Positions 63,742 to 64,000 of a stretch of 64,000 nucleotides of DNA are shown here, one piece after another (position 1 is the stretch's first letter; every line of letters begins with the position of its first letter). This DNA is from an uncultured Candidatus Saccharibacteria bacterium (GTDB lineage: Bacteria; Patescibacteriota; CALEFQ01): positions 988,291 through 1,052,290 of the forward strand of contig OZ246404.1 of assembly GCA_965230955.1 (NCBI GenBank), in the 5' to 3' direction. The position numbers and the translations under genes are program-made. Under the pieces are notes generated by a model that was not told the origin of the DNA, ran no database searches, and saw only the letters and a list, made by a program, of their open reading frames with translations.

Positions 63742-64000
63742 TCAGAGCGTGAAGGCGATTGATCCGGCCAGCCCCCATTCCCTGGCTCCAATGGCAGCAA
63801 TGTTACCCGGTCCGGAATAACCATACCAGTAATTCAGTTTGAATTTGAGGTATTGGTTAGGCAGAATTAAGCATCCTGCCGTCCAGCGATCTCGGCTCTG
63901 GAGGGAAATATCTTGGCCAAAATCGGTTTCCAGCATATCGTACTGCACAAGCAGTTTCAATTTCTTTCCAACTTGCTGGGACATGATACAGTAAGCCGAC
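63742..64000 (-). CDS. hypothetical protein, C-terminal fragment (ORF open to window end)
   Basis: Reading frame continues upstream of the Met at 63984 to the window edge; ends ...GSIAFTL*. Confidence 0.2.
   Translation of the reverse strand, partial: SAYCIMSQQVGKKLKLLVQYDMLETDFGQDISLQSRDRWTAGCLILPNQYLKFKLNYWYGYSGPGNIAAIGAREWGLAGSIAFTL

Overview
This 64-kb window reads like a gene-dense stretch of a small, streamlined bacterial chromosome, possibly a Patescibacteria/CPR-type lineage; that lineage call is inference only. It mixes housekeeping genes with a large accessory island and several systems that are not standard.

Housekeeping genes recognised from motifs: rnc, tsaB, tsaE, tsaD, ruvA, uvrB, truB, rpsT, holA, polA, uppP, greA, a Mur-family ligase, a FemAB-family protein, the pilB/gspE ATPase and tRNA-Glu(UUC).

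(1) Positions 1-11213 hold a nine-gene, co-oriented signal-transduction operon. It contains two PAS/GAF hybrid histidine kinases and three paralogous single-domain receivers. It also has two membrane sensors that lack any transmitter domain and end in a shared coiled-coil motif.

(2) Positions 17806-18419 hold an IS200/IS605-type element. Its tnpA was missed by the ORF track because of one in-frame TAA. It is flanked by hairpins with a GGCCTTAAGRCC core, and a solo partial right-end copy lies beside it.

(3) Positions 30456-45126 hold a candidate cell-surface glycoprotein locus. It comprises a Wzy_C/PglL-like membrane protein with TPR repeats, a GT-C (PMT/ArnT-like) glycosyltransferase, and a 2433-aa Thr/Ser/Gly/Asn/Tyr-rich giant protein. 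The giant protein carries a C-terminal phage-tail-fibre-type intramolecular chaperone (S74) domain and an internal perfect 620-bp tandem duplication. A 774-aa membrane protein with two carboxypeptidase-regulatory-like domains completes the locus.

(4) Positions 56389-59325 encode a 978-aa fusion of a PlsY-like acyltransferase membrane domain with a PEP-synthase-like dikinase module.

(5) Positions 52902-53146 carry a promoter plus terminator-bounded structured small-RNA candidate.

(6) Four families of 7-8-bp tandem-repeat elements are pervasive: (GTAACAR)n in inverted pairs, (GTCAAAA)n, (CAAAGAC)n and (TCTTAATA)n. They form long intergenic hairpins, contribute gene 3' ends and stop codons, and insert in frame into essential genes as K/S-rich loops.

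Every call rests on motif recognition by eye. No database search could be run.
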